Shown here: piece by piece, positions 26,133 through 35,447 of the stretch | Position numbering within the stretch: position 1 is the first letter of the stretch | Layout of the letters: every line of letters begins with the position of its first letter | IMG/VR virus record: IMGVR_UViG_3300037471_000808 | Location: 5,563-69,562 of that record | Source of the DNA: a virus | Taxonomy: Duplodnaviria > Caudoviricetes | Length of the DNA stretch: 64,000 nucleotides | Direction: 5' to 3' (one strand) | Position numbers and translations under genes: made by a program | The notes under the pieces: model-generated | Told to the model about the DNA's origin: nothing | What the model saw: the letters and a program-made list of their open reading frames with translations, nothing else | Databases searched by the model: none

Positions 26133-26858
26133 ATGGAAAACCAACAAATCGACACGCGCGACATCGCCTGGGTGATCGCCGACACCGAGACCCCGGGCCT
26201 CTTGGTCGAGCTGGGCATCTGCGAGATCGCGTTGTGCGAGATCGACCCGCTCACGCTCGAGACGCTGTGGGAGATCGACTCGCTGATCGACCCGCAGAAC
26301 CCGATCCCGGCCGAGGCGACCGCGATCCACGGCATCACCGACGAGATGGTGGCCGACGAGCCGACGATGGACGAGTTCATCGAGCACCGCCTGAAGGGCC
26401 GCTTCGACGGGCGCCAGATCGTCGTCATCGCCCACAACACGTCGTTCGACGTGCCGCGTCTCCACCTGATCGGCGACATCACGGCCTCGGTGTGCACGCT
26501 GTTCCACTCGCGCCAGCTGATCCCGAAAGGCATCCCCGGCGTCGACGGCCCCGAGAACCACAAGCTGACCACCCTGCGCGAATACTTCGGCTTTCCGGAG
26601 AACGAGGCGCACCGCGCGCTGGCCGACGTCTACACCACCAAGCGCCTGCTGCGCGAGATCCTCGGCCGCACCGAGCGCACCTTGCCCGACTTCCTGGCCA
26701 CGATGGACACCACGGTGCACCGTATGCCGTGGGGCAAGCATTGCGGCAAGCTGCTGCACCAGGTGCCGAAGGACTACCTGCTGTGGATGAAGGGCCTGCC
26801 GGACCTCGAGCCGAACCTGAAGAAGTCGGTCCTCAAAGTCCTGAAGACGCTGAAATAA
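26133..26858 (+). CDS. DEDDh 3'-5' exonuclease (DnaQ/ExoX-like)
   Basis: ADTET, AHNTSFD, HRALAD; C-terminal MPWGKHCG..L.QVP..YL.W. Confidence 0.9.
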   Translation: MENQQIDTRDIAWVIADTETPGLLVELGICEIALCEIDPLTLETLWEIDSLIDPQNPIPAEATAIHGITDEMVADEPTMDEFIEHRLKGRFDGRQIVVIAHNTSFDVPRLHLIGDITASVCTLFHSRQLIPKGIPGVDGPENHKLTTLREYFGFPENEAHRALADVYTTKRLLREILGRTERTLPDFLATMDTTVHRMPWGKHCGKLLHQVPKDYLLWMKGLPDLEPNLKKSVLKVLKTLK

Positions 26859-26889
26859 CAACCCACCCACCCAAAAGAAAGAGACACCA

Positions 26890-27357
26890 ATGAGCCAATT
26901 TTCCCAAGCCCTCGTCGCATTCAATCAGATGTATCGCCTGCCGGTATCGGATCGGCCAAACTTCATATCCACGCAACGTTTGCGCGATCTGAAGGTGATT
27001 CTGCAGAAGGAGCTGGACGAGATTGATGAGGTCATTGACCTGGCCGCCAATGCTGAAGAGGCGCTGGACCTGCAAGCGCCGGGGGCGTTGGGCGATATGT
27101 TCAAGGCCCTGACCGCGCTGGCAGACCTGATGGGCGATATCCAGGTGTACTGCGGCAGTGAAATGGCCAAGTGGGGGCTGCCGCTGGACGAGGTTCTGGC
27201 CATCATCATGGAATCGAACATGAGCAAGCTCGGCGCAGACGGCCTCCCCATTTACGACGCGAACGGGAAGGTCCAGAAAGGCCCGAACTACTGGAAGCCG
27301 GAACCACGTATCCACGCCCTGCTGGTAGAGCGCCTCGGCATGGCGCAGGCAGGCTAA
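26890..27357 (+). CDS. MazG-like NTP pyrophosphohydrolase
   Basis: KELDE...ADLMGDI.VY...IMESNMSK...GKVQKGPNYWKPE; lower GC than neighbours. Confidence 0.85.
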   Translation: MSQFSQALVAFNQMYRLPVSDRPNFISTQRLRDLKVILQKELDEIDEVIDLAANAEEALDLQAPGALGDMFKALTALADLMGDIQVYCGSEMAKWGLPLDEVLAIIMESNMSKLGADGLPIYDANGKVQKGPNYWKPEPRIHALLVERLGMAQAG

Positions 27358-27359
27358 GC

Positions 27360-28427
27360 ATGGCCGACCACCTCGTGTCGCTGCAGGCACAGGTGCGGGC
27401 GCTGGCAAAAGCGGTTGCGGCCGCTTTTGCCGCTTCCAACCTGACCGACGCCGAGAAGGCCCCCGGCAAGATCGAGATCGTCGACCTGCCGTGGCAGGCC
27501 CCGCCCCTGATCACGTCGCAGACCCTGTCCGGTGCCGGCCTGCAGGACTACTTCGACGCGCCGATGCAGCTGGAGCAGCACAAGCTGCACGCGTTCTGGG
27601 TCAAGACGCTCGACGACATGTGGCTGCGTCCGTCGGCGTTGTACCACCGTGGCCGCGGGGCCTTGGCCAACTGCGGCCGCGCGATGCCGTCGGTGCGGGT
27701 CGGCCAGCGCGCCTTCCGCTTCTCGCGCCCGTCCGGCTGGCCGGTGCTCGACGAGCTGGCCGGTGCGCTGTTCTCGCTCGAGGTGGCGCATGCCGCGGCG
27801 ACCTCGCTGCCGGTGCGCGACGTGATCTCGGATGACGATAGCTACTTCGTCGAATTCGCCGACGGCATGCAGATCGGGGTCCAGGGCGGCCTGCCCTTGT
27901 GCGAGTCGCGCTGGAAGGTGTCGGTCGCCGGCATGGTGCCGGAGCTGCTCACCATGCCGCGCGGCGACGCCGACTACAGCTGCCGTTACGACCAGCTGGC
28001 CTCGTTGCGCTCGGTGCTGCACGTGCACCGTTCACGCTTCCCGACCAACTTCGAGGCACTCGACCAGGCGCTGCAGGCCCTGCGCCTGCTCTCGACCGGT
28101 GCCCACTGTCCGGACCTGCTGCAGGCGGTGCAGGTGGTGAAGTACGACGCGCCGCTGATGAAGGAGCGCGAGCGCGCGCTGGCCGACGCCTTGGACGTGA
28201 TCAGCGTGCCGACGCTGTCCGACCGCAGCAAGCTGCAGTCGCTGCGTGCGGTGCTGGTGCCGGCGGTGCTGACGGTCTCGAACTTCAAGCGTCACATCTA
28301 CGCCAGCGACCAGTTCCCGTTCACCCTGGCGCGCGGACGGGTTGATGTGATCCGCAACTACCTGGCCGCGAAGTACCAGGAGCTGCCGGCCGAGATTCAG
28401 CGGGAGGACGTATGTCGCAATCTGTGA
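27360..28427 (+). CDS. hypothetical protein (355 aa)
   Basis: ATG 27360; long ORF with coding-type codon usage; no recognised motif. Confidence 0.7.
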   Translation: MADHLVSLQAQVRALAKAVAAAFAASNLTDAEKAPGKIEIVDLPWQAPPLITSQTLSGAGLQDYFDAPMQLEQHKLHAFWVKTLDDMWLRPSALYHRGRGALANCGRAMPSVRVGQRAFRFSRPSGWPVLDELAGALFSLEVAHAAATSLPVRDVISDDDSYFVEFADGMQIGVQGGLPLCESRWKVSVAGMVPELLTMPRGDADYSCRYDQLASLRSVLHVHRSRFPTNFEALDQALQALRLLSTGAHCPDLLQAVQVVKYDAPLMKERERALADALDVISVPTLSDRSKLQSLRAVLVPAVLTVSNFKRHIYASDQFPFTLARGRVDVIRNYLAAKYQELPAEIQREDVCRNL

Positions 28428-28633
28428 GGCACAGCTGGCTCGAGGTGCTGACCAACATCGGCACCGGCTTCGTGATCAGCGCCCTGCTGCAGCAGTTCGT
28501 CGTCACGCCGCTGTGGCACCTGCCGGTGTCGGCCGCCGGCAACCTAGGCATCACGGTCTTCTTCACCGTCGTATCCGTGGTGCGCTCGTACATCTTCAGA
28601 AGAGTATTCAACAAATTAGGGAGAAAACCATGA
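28412..28633 (+). CDS. small 2-TM membrane protein
   Basis: MSQS..HSWLEVLTNI..GF...FTVVS.VRSY..RR.FN, a common phage family. Confidence 0.8.
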   Translation: MSQSVRHSWLEVLTNIGTGFVISALLQQFVVTPLWHLPVSAAGNLGITVFFTVVSVVRSYIFRRVFNKLGRKP

Positions 28634-29160
28634 TCTTAGCAGGCGTCACCGGCAAGGCCGGTGCAGGCAAGGACACCATCGCCGACTGCCTCGTACGCGA
28701 GCACGGCTTCACCAAGCTGTCGTTCGCCGGCCCGCTCAAGGCGATGCTGGCGGCGGCCGGCATGCCGGAGCCGGCCAGCCGCGCCGACAAGGAAAAGCCG
28801 CTGCCAGGCTTCGACTTCAGCTGGCGCGAGGCGGCCCAGAAGCTGGGCACGGAATGGGGCCGCAGCCTGGATTCGGATATCTGGGTCAAGCTGGTCGAGC
28901 AGCAGCTGGTCGACCTTCTGGACCGCGACTATCGCTATGTGCTGTCCGACGTGCGTTTCGAGAACGAGGCGGCGATGATCCGCCGCCTGGGCGGCACCAT
29001 GCTGTTCGTGCACGGTCGCGCCGCTGACCTGGGCGCGAACGCCGGCCACGCCTCGGAAGCCGGCATCGAGTTTTACCCTAGCCGCGACCACTTGATCGAC
29101 AACAGCGGCGGCATCAGCTTCACGATGATGCAGGTCCGCTCCGCGCTGGAGCTCGCATGA
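28630..29160 (+). CDS. deoxynucleoside monophosphate kinase
   Basis: GVTGKAGAGKDT, SFAGPLK, QKLGTEWGR, SDVRFENE, HASE. Confidence 0.9.
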   Translation: MILAGVTGKAGAGKDTIADCLVREHGFTKLSFAGPLKAMLAAAGMPEPASRADKEKPLPGFDFSWREAAQKLGTEWGRSLDSDIWVKLVEQQLVDLLDRDYRYVLSDVRFENEAAMIRRLGGTMLFVHGRAADLGANAGHASEAGIEFYPSRDHLIDNSGGISFTMMQVRSALELA

Positions 29161-29399
29161 TCGAGCGCGTGGCGGACGAAGTGGAGCTGGCTGGCCGGCT
29201 GGAGATGCTGCAGCGCGCTGGCGGCCTGGCCGCAGTGCGCGAGGCCCTGCGGCCGCAGGTGCCGGCCGGCGTCACGGTGTGCGACTGCATCGGCTGCGGC
29301 AAGCCTCTGCCGACGGTACGGGTCGCCTATAAGTGGGTGCGCTGCGCGCCGTGCCAGGGCGAGCTTGAGAAGCGGCTGAAGCTGCAGGGGAGGCGGTGA
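29157..29399 (+). CDS. TraR/DksA-family C4 zinc-finger protein
   Basis: N-terminal acidic ADE, CIGCG..L...RV....RCAPCQ. Confidence 0.8.
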   Translation: MIERVADEVELAGRLEMLQRAGGLAAVREALRPQVPAGVTVCDCIGCGKPLPTVRVAYKWVRCAPCQGELEKRLKLQGRR

Positions 29400-29554
29400 T
29401 GTCTGCGTTCGGATTCGCTGTCGGCTCATTCATCTGGTTCCTCGTGTGCGGGGCGTGGCACGAAGCCAAAAGCAACAACCCCAGAGCGCTTCACTACTAC
29501 ACGGTTTCGCAGGTGTGGCTGGCCGCTGCCCTGCTCCTCTGGAGACTTCAATGA
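29399..29554 (+). CDS. small 2-TM membrane protein (51 aa), not in the ORF track
   Basis: MSAFGFAVGSFIWFLVCGAWH...VWLAAALLLWRLQ*; coupled at both ends. Confidence 0.6.
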   Translation: MSAFGFAVGSFIWFLVCGAWHEAKSNNPRALHYYTVSQVWLAAALLLWRLQ

Positions 29555-29739
29555 AACTGATTTTGCAGGCGTTGTTTGTGCTTGCCGCGCTGGGAATGGC
29601 CGGCTTGAATCTGCACGGCGCGCACAGCACCCAGCGCGAGGGGCGGTGGGACTGGATGCGCTACTGCCTCGTGGTGACGCACATCTGGGCCGCTGTGGCG
29701 CTTCTGATCGGCGCAATTATGCTTGGAGGACTTCAATGA
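29551..29739 (+). CDS. small 2-TM membrane protein (62 aa)
   Basis: MKLILQALFVLAALGMAGLNL...IWAAVALLIGAIMLGGLQ*; ATGA overlaps. Confidence 0.65.
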   Translation: MKLILQALFVLAALGMAGLNLHGAHSTQREGRWDWMRYCLVVTHIWAAVALLIGAIMLGGLQ

Positions 29740-32700
29740 AAAAACGACTCGCCTACGACATGTCCAGCTTCATGTGGACCATGCTCTCGTGGGGGAAAGA
29801 CAAAGAGAACGGCTACACCGTCCAGCATGAGGGCAAGGACGTCTACATCAACTCGGCGCTGTACGGCTACGACAACACGCTGGGCCGGATGCTGGACGTC
29901 CTCAAGCAATTCAAGCTGAACCCAATTAACTGCATTCTCGTTTTTGAAGGTGCCAACTCCAAGTCGCGGCGCCTGTTGATCGACAACAGCTACAAGGGCG
30001 GCGGCGCGTCGAGCCGCCCGCCCGAGGCTTACGAGGAGTTCACCAAGCTGCGCGAGATGCTCAAGCAGACCTGGAAGGACCTCGGCGCGCAAACGATGTG
30101 GCAGGATGCCGCCGAGGGCGACGACACGCTGGCCTGGCTGGCCCACAACACCGAGGACGACCTGGTCATCGCCACGTTCGACAACGACCTGACGGTGCTG
30201 AACATGGTCAACCAGTACGGCGCCAAGGTCGAGACCTGGATCAACGAGATGATCGGGTTCAACAAGTATGGCCCCTTCGACTACGACCTGGTCACGACCT
30301 ACAAGGCGCTGGTGGGCGACAGCTCGGACAAGATCAAGGGTTGCCCCGGCTTCGGCCCGGCCAAATGGGAGGCGCTGCGCGCGCAGTACGGCGACGACGG
30401 CGTGCGCGAGATCCACAACATGCTGCTTGGCTCGAACCTGAAGCAGCTGGGCGACTTCATCGCCGGGCCGCAGGACAAGCTGCTGCAGCTGGTCTACGAT
30501 AACGCGCCGCAGGTGCAGACCTGCTTCGACCTGGCGCGCATCCGCCCCGAGTGGGTCAACACGATGCGCATGCCGCTCCACTGGGAGCCGGGCATGGTGC
30601 GCCAGCGGAGCGACGCCGACCGCGACCCACGCCTGAAGCAATGGCTCGGCCAGACTTGGCTGGTCACGGCCGAGAACTTCGACGAAGCGACTGCGTGGGC
30701 GCTGCCGCGCCTCCTGGCCTCGGAAGACATCGCGCTCGACATCGAGACCTCGACCCCGGACGAGTCGGACGACTGGCTGGCGGCGATGACCAAGTCGGGC
30801 GACCTGGAGGACGCCGGCGTGGACGTGTTCGGCTCCTACCTGGTCGGCCTTGGCCTGACCTTCGGCCCGAACAACCAGTACACGTTCTACTTCTCGGTCA
30901 AGCACGCCGACACCGACAACGTCGACAGCGAGAAGCTGCGCCAGTTCATCGCCGCGATCCCGCAGGAGAAGGAACTGATCATCCAGAACGTGTCGTTCGA
31001 GCTGTCGGTGCTGTTCAACGAGTGGGGCGGCCGCCAGCTGGACAACGGCTACCACGGCTTCCTGCCGAACGTGCGCGACACCGCGATCGAGGCCTCGTAC
31101 GTCAACGAGAACAGCCGGCGCGGCCTGAAGGAGCGCTCGCACGGCATCCTCGGCTACCGCCAGCAGACCTTCGACGAGGTGACCCGCGTCACCGCACACC
31201 CGTCCGAGCTGTTCCCGGGCGGGCGCGTCCTGTCGGAGACCTACGAGACGCGCCAGGTCGGCACCGGCCGCTTCGAGCCGCTCTCCGAGGAGGAGATCGC
31301 CGCGGGCGTGCAGCCGGCCGAGATCATGAAGACCGAGTACGTGCTGGAACCGACCGGCCGCACGCTGGTTTCGCGCGTGGACCCGGCAACTGGCGAACAC
31401 CTCGAATTCGTCTACGCGACCGGCGAGGAGATCGACGAACGGGACGACCTGGACCCTAACACCACGGAGATGGAGACGCGCCGGATCGTCAAAACCCAGA
31501 CGCGCCGCTACAAGATGCACGAGCTGCCGGCTTGGCACGTGCTTGGCTACGGTGCCGACGACCCGATCTGCACGATCGCGCTACACAACTACTACAAGCT
31601 GCACATGCAGCTGGAGCACCACTACGAGGTGTACCAGCCGGTCGAGCTCAATGCGGCCTACCAGCACGCGAAGAACTTCATCGACGGCTGCGACATCTCG
31701 CTCGAGAAGATGAACGAGCTGTCCGCCGAGGACGACGAAACCTACGACAAGGCCTGGGCCACGCTGCGCGACTACCTGATCGAGAAGGGCTGGGAAGGCA
31801 CGCGCCCGCCCGAGTACACGGTCGACATCACGCCAGCGCAGGTCAAGGAGGCGTTCACGATTGTCACCGGGCGCACCCTGGGTACCCAGATGCGCACGCT
31901 GTCGAAGATCGTCACCTTCATCCGCGAGGTCGAGGACGAGCCGGTGTTCGCCGGCATGCTTGACACGCTGGTGCAGGCGCAGCCGCTGCTGGAGGCGCTG
32001 CGCAAATCTCTGACCGAAGAAGACCCGGAGCTGGTGAACACGGACGAACCCTTCGACCCCTGGGCGCTGACCGAGCAGCAGAAAGCGGACCAAGCAGCAA
32101 TTCTGGTCGCTCAGAACGACTTCAACGCCTACGTGCGCCGCTTCTTCAAGGGCGAGCCCCAGTTCAACGACGGTTCGCCCAAGCAGATGCAGCGCCTGAT
32201 GTACGAAGTCATGGGCCTGCCGATCGTGGTGCGCAACAAGCCGACCGAGGTGATGAGGAAGGCCGGCATCCGCGAAGGCACGCCGAAGACCGACAGCCTG
32301 GCGATCGCCTACGCGCTGCAGCAGATGGAAGCGCGCATCAAGGAGGCGCAGGAATTCATCGACGACGGCCTTGACGGCCTTGGTGCCTGGGCGCCCCAGC
32401 GCGACGAGGCGCAGCAGGTCAAGTCGGTGCTCGAAGCCTTGCAGCTGATGTCGATGGTCGGCACCCGCCGCACCCTGTTCTACAACAAGTATCCGTACTT
32501 CCCGCACTGGAAGGACGGCAAGGTGCGTTCGCAGCACAACCAAGCGTCGACCAACACCCGGCGCGCGTCGGAGAGCTCGCCCAACAAGCAGCAATGGCCG
32601 AAGCACCCAAAGATCGACGGCTACGCTTCACGCTTCCGCGAAGTGGTGGTGCCGCACCGGCCCGACGCGGTGATCGTCTCGATCGACTTCAAGGCGCAGG

Positions 32701-33530
32701 AGCTGCGCCTGATGGCCGAGCAGTCGCAGGACCCGGTGATGCTGTCGATGTACATCGGCGACAACAAGCGCGACCAGCACCACCTGACGGGTCTGGCGAT
32801 CATCCAGAAGAAGCAGCCCGAGCGTGGCTGGCTGTACGAGCCGTTCGCCGACATCCTGGACGACCCGACCCACCCGGACTACAAGTTCGTCAAGAAGATC
32901 CGCAACCTGGGCAAGAAGCTGAATTTCACCGCCGAATTCGGCGCGATGGCCGAGAAGGTCGCGATCACGCTGATGGTGTCGGTCGAGGAGGCGCAGGAGT
33001 ACCTGGACGCGCGCGAGGAGCTGTTCGCCGTGTCCACGCAGTGGAAGGAGAACGTCAAGGCCGAGGCCAAGCAGTCTGGCTACGTCACCACCATGCTGGG
33101 CGCGCGCCGCCACCTTGGGCCGGCCTTCATGAGCGACGACAAGTGGGAAGCGTCCAAGGCCGAGCGTCAGGCGGTGAACTTCAAGATCCAGGGTTCGGCC
33201 GCCGAGCAGACCAAGCTGGCCGAAGGCCGGATGTGGGAGCGTGGCCTGTTCTTCCGCTACGACGCCGTGTGTATCGGCCCGATTCACGACGAGATTGTGG
33301 CGTCGGTGCGGATCGCCGACCTGTTCGACTTCATCCCCGAGATGCACGCCTGCATGGTGGCCAACTACGCCGGCATGGCGGTGCCGATCGAGGGCGACAT
33401 CAGCTTCGGCCTGGACTTCTTCAACCAGATCGAGATCGGGCCGGTGCCGTCGCGCGAGGCGATCCAGAAGGGCCTGGACGAAATGTGGAAAAACAAAGCC
33501 AAGCGTGAAGCGCAGAAGGAGGCAGCATGA
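29736..33530 (+). CDS. polA: family A DNA polymerase with fused 5'-3' and 3'-5' exonuclease domains
   Basis: EGDD, GDSSDKIKG (FEN domain); DIET, YGADD (proofreading); DFKAQELR, KKLNF, HDEI (motifs A/B/C); ATG 29736. Confidence 0.93.
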   Translation: MKKRLAYDMSSFMWTMLSWGKDKENGYTVQHEGKDVYINSALYGYDNTLGRMLDVLKQFKLNPINCILVFEGANSKSRRLLIDNSYKGGGASSRPPEAYEEFTKLREMLKQTWKDLGAQTMWQDAAEGDDTLAWLAHNTEDDLVIATFDNDLTVLNMVNQYGAKVETWINEMIGFNKYGPFDYDLVTTYKALVGDSSDKIKGCPGFGPAKWEALRAQYGDDGVREIHNMLLGSNLKQLGDFIAGPQDKLLQLVYDNAPQVQTCFDLARIRPEWVNTMRMPLHWEPGMVRQRSDADRDPRLKQWLGQTWLVTAENFDEATAWALPRLLASEDIALDIETSTPDESDDWLAAMTKSGDLEDAGVDVFGSYLVGLGLTFGPNNQYTFYFSVKHADTDNVDSEKLRQFIAAIPQEKELIIQNVSFELSVLFNEWGGRQLDNGYHGFLPNVRDTAIEASYVNENSRRGLKERSHGILGYRQQTFDEVTRVTAHPSELFPGGRVLSETYETRQVGTGRFEPLSEEEIAAGVQPAEIMKTEYVLEPTGRTLVSRVDPATGEHLEFVYATGEEIDERDDLDPNTTEMETRRIVKTQTRRYKMHELPAWHVLGYGADDPICTIALHNYYKLHMQLEHHYEVYQPVELNAAYQHAKNFIDGCDISLEKMNELSAEDDETYDKAWATLRDYLIEKGWEGTRPPEYTVDITPAQVKEAFTIVTGRTLGTQMRTLSKIVTFIREVEDEPVFAGMLDTLVQAQPLLEALRKSLTEEDPELVNTDEPFDPWALTEQQKADQAAILVAQNDFNAYVRRFFKGEPQFNDGSPKQMQRLMYEVMGLPIVVRNKPTEVMRKAGIREGTPKTDSLAIAYALQQMEARIKEAQEFIDDGLDGLGAWAPQRDEAQQVKSVLEALQLMSMVGTRRTLFYNKYPYFPHWKDGKVRSQHNQASTNTRRASESSPNKQQWPKHPKIDGYASRFREVVVPHRPDAVIVSIDFKAQELRLMAEQSQDPVMLSMYIGDNKRDQHHLTGLAIIQKKQPERGWLYEPFADILDDPTHPDYKFVKKIRNLGKKLNFTAEFGAMAEKVAITLMVSVEEAQEYLDAREELFAVSTQWKENVKAEAKQSGYVTTMLGARRHLGPAFMSDDKWEASKAERQAVNFKIQGSAAEQTKLAEGRMWERGLFFRYDAVCIGPIHDEIVASVRIADLFDFIPEMHACMVANYAGMAVPIEGDISFGLDFFNQIEIGPVPSREAIQKGLDEMWKNKAKREAQKEAA

Positions 33531-33745
33531 ACCACCCCACCAACTGCCCGGCCTGCGCCGCCTGCCGGGCGCTTGGCTTCGACGACCCGGTGCGCCAGGA
33601 AGTCGTGCACGCCCTGGCGGCGCACATGGTCGAATTCGACCGCGTCAACCGCTTGGCCAAGGCCGCCGGCCTTGAACTGGACGACGTGCTCGACACCATC
33701 GGCGAATGCGTCGTCCTCGGCGCGCGGCCGGGCAACTTGAACTGA
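33527..33745 (+). CDS. hypothetical protein
   Basis: ATGA overlap, SD GGAGG. Confidence 0.65.
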   Translation: MNHPTNCPACAACRALGFDDPVRQEVVHALAAHMVEFDRVNRLAKAAGLELDDVLDTIGECVVLGARPGNLN

Positions 33746-33754
33746 AAGGCTCAA

Positions 33755-34078
33755 ATGAACAAACACCTGATCCAGACCGGCCGCACCACGCGGCTGGTCG
33801 AGAAGGCCGCACGGCTGCAGGCGGACGGGCACGACGTGGTCGTGCTCATGCCCACCATACAAATGGCGCAGATCCTGCAGCGCACGTGGAATCTCTCCGT
33901 GCCGGTCCGAGCTATTCCGGACACCTTCGACTGGGAGACGTTGAAGGACCGGCACCACCCGCGTAGGGTCTGCCTGCTCGACCACACCGTTGTTGAGATG
34001 CGCCTGCAGGAGATCGACAACGAAATCATGCGCCTGCAGCAGCAGGCGCGCCAGCTTTACCCACTCACCACCAACTAA
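33755..34078 (+). CDS. hypothetical protein with a P-loop-like N-terminus
   Basis: QTGRTT...LLDH. Confidence 0.65.
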   Translation: MNKHLIQTGRTTRLVEKAARLQADGHDVVVLMPTIQMAQILQRTWNLSVPVRAIPDTFDWETLKDRHHPRRVCLLDHTVVEMRLQEIDNEIMRLQQQARQLYPLTTN

Positions 34079-34089
34079 GAAAGAGACCA

Positions 34090-35082
34090 ATGACCCAACT
34101 CCAACCCACCTCGGCCATCAAGGACGAGTTCAACCCCGACACCGCCCGCTACCCGCTGATGGGCTTTCGCAAGGTCGACGGCGTGCGCGCCAGCCACCTG
34201 ATCGGCTTCTTCCACGGCCGCTCGATGGACCCGTTCAAGAACACCGCGCTCAACGCCAAGTTCAACGGCCCTGGGTACGCCGGCTTCGACGGCGAGCTGA
34301 CCATCGACGGCCTGCTCACCGACGAGACGCTCGACGGCGAGACCCTGTGCAGCCTGACCACCGGCCTGACCAACCGCGCGAAGGTCAAGAAGGGCGAGAC
34401 CGAGCTGCCGACCAACGCCGTGTGGAACCTGTTCGACTACCTGGGGCCGGAGGCGCTGCACCTGGAATACCTCGAGCGCTACGACATGCTGGCGTCCCTG
34501 TGCGGCGACGGCGCCGACCCCAACATCACGGTGCTGCCGTTCGTCTGGATCAACAACCCGGACGAGGCACGCGCCTGGATCGTCGACTGCCTCGAGAAGC
34601 GCTACGAGGGCGCGATCTTCCGCGACCCGAAAGCCCTGCACAAGTCGGGCCGCGCGACCGCGACCAAGAACGACTTCTGGCGCTACAAGCCGGTGTCGGA
34701 CAAGGACGCGATCGTGCTCGACGTCTACGAGGCCGAGCAGAACAACAACGTGCCGACGACCAACAGCCGCGGCCGCACCGAGCGCTCGTCGCACCAGGAG
34801 AACAAGGTCGGCAAGGGCATCGCTGGCGGCTTCATCGCGATCGACGTTGCCACTGGCAAGGAGGTGCGTATCCCTTGCGGGCGCATGAAGAAGGACGAAT
34901 GCGCCGAAGTGTGGGCCGACCGGGCGGCGTACCGCGGGTGCCCGTTCAAGTACGAGAGCCTGGACGTGGGCGTGCTGGACCAGCCGCGCCAGGCACGCTG
35001 GATCAGCTGGCGCTCGGCGCAGGACATGACGCCGGCCGACTTGGCGCTGGTCGAGAAGCTCGGCCTGAAGGAGGCTGCATGA
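34090..35082 (+). CDS. ATP-dependent DNA ligase
   Basis: KVDGVR (KxDG), FDGEL, LFD, YEGAIFRDP, R(Y)KP. Confidence 0.9.
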   Translation: MTQLQPTSAIKDEFNPDTARYPLMGFRKVDGVRASHLIGFFHGRSMDPFKNTALNAKFNGPGYAGFDGELTIDGLLTDETLDGETLCSLTTGLTNRAKVKKGETELPTNAVWNLFDYLGPEALHLEYLERYDMLASLCGDGADPNITVLPFVWINNPDEARAWIVDCLEKRYEGAIFRDPKALHKSGRATATKNDFWRYKPVSDKDAIVLDVYEAEQNNNVPTTNSRGRTERSSHQENKVGKGIAGGFIAIDVATGKEVRIPCGRMKKDECAEVWADRAAYRGCPFKYESLDVGVLDQPRQARWISWRSAQDMTPADLALVEKLGLKEAA

Positions 35083-35393
35083 TCGAGGCACCCAACAACA
35101 TCAGCATCGGCGACAAGGTGCTGGTCACCTGCGACAACTGGTTCTACGCGCCGGACGGCCAGAACTACCGCGCCGTGTTCGGCACGGTGAAGGCGGTGCG
35201 CACCGCGGAGGACGCCCTCGGCGTGCGACCGAACGGCAAGTCGACCAACTGGTACGCCGAGGTCGGCAACATGATGATCGCTGGCTGCCAGATCCACTAC
35301 GTCGTCAAAACGTCGACCTGTGTGCTGGGCGACGTGCCGACCTGGAATGACGAAAAGGGTCGCCCGACCCACATCTACAACGCCGACCAGTAA
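35079..35393 (+). CDS. hypothetical protein
   Basis: ATG 35079, ATGA overlap. Confidence 0.7.
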   Translation: MIEAPNNISIGDKVLVTCDNWFYAPDGQNYRAVFGTVKAVRTAEDALGVRPNGKSTNWYAEVGNMMIAGCQIHYVVKTSTCVLGDVPTWNDEKGRPTHIYNADQ

Positions 35394-35447
35394 CACCGGG
35401 AAGCCGCGCCCCGCAACGCGCGGCGCCACCACCATAAAGTCCAAGAG

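Noticed and set aside
23449-31538. Long minus-strand ORFs opposite the primase and polymerase genes
   Set aside because: Same shadow effect.
29736-33530. Intein in the oversized polymerase
   Set aside because: No splice-junction or homing-endonuclease motifs at the inserts.
35403-35424. GC hairpin before thyA as a terminator
   Set aside because: No U-tract.
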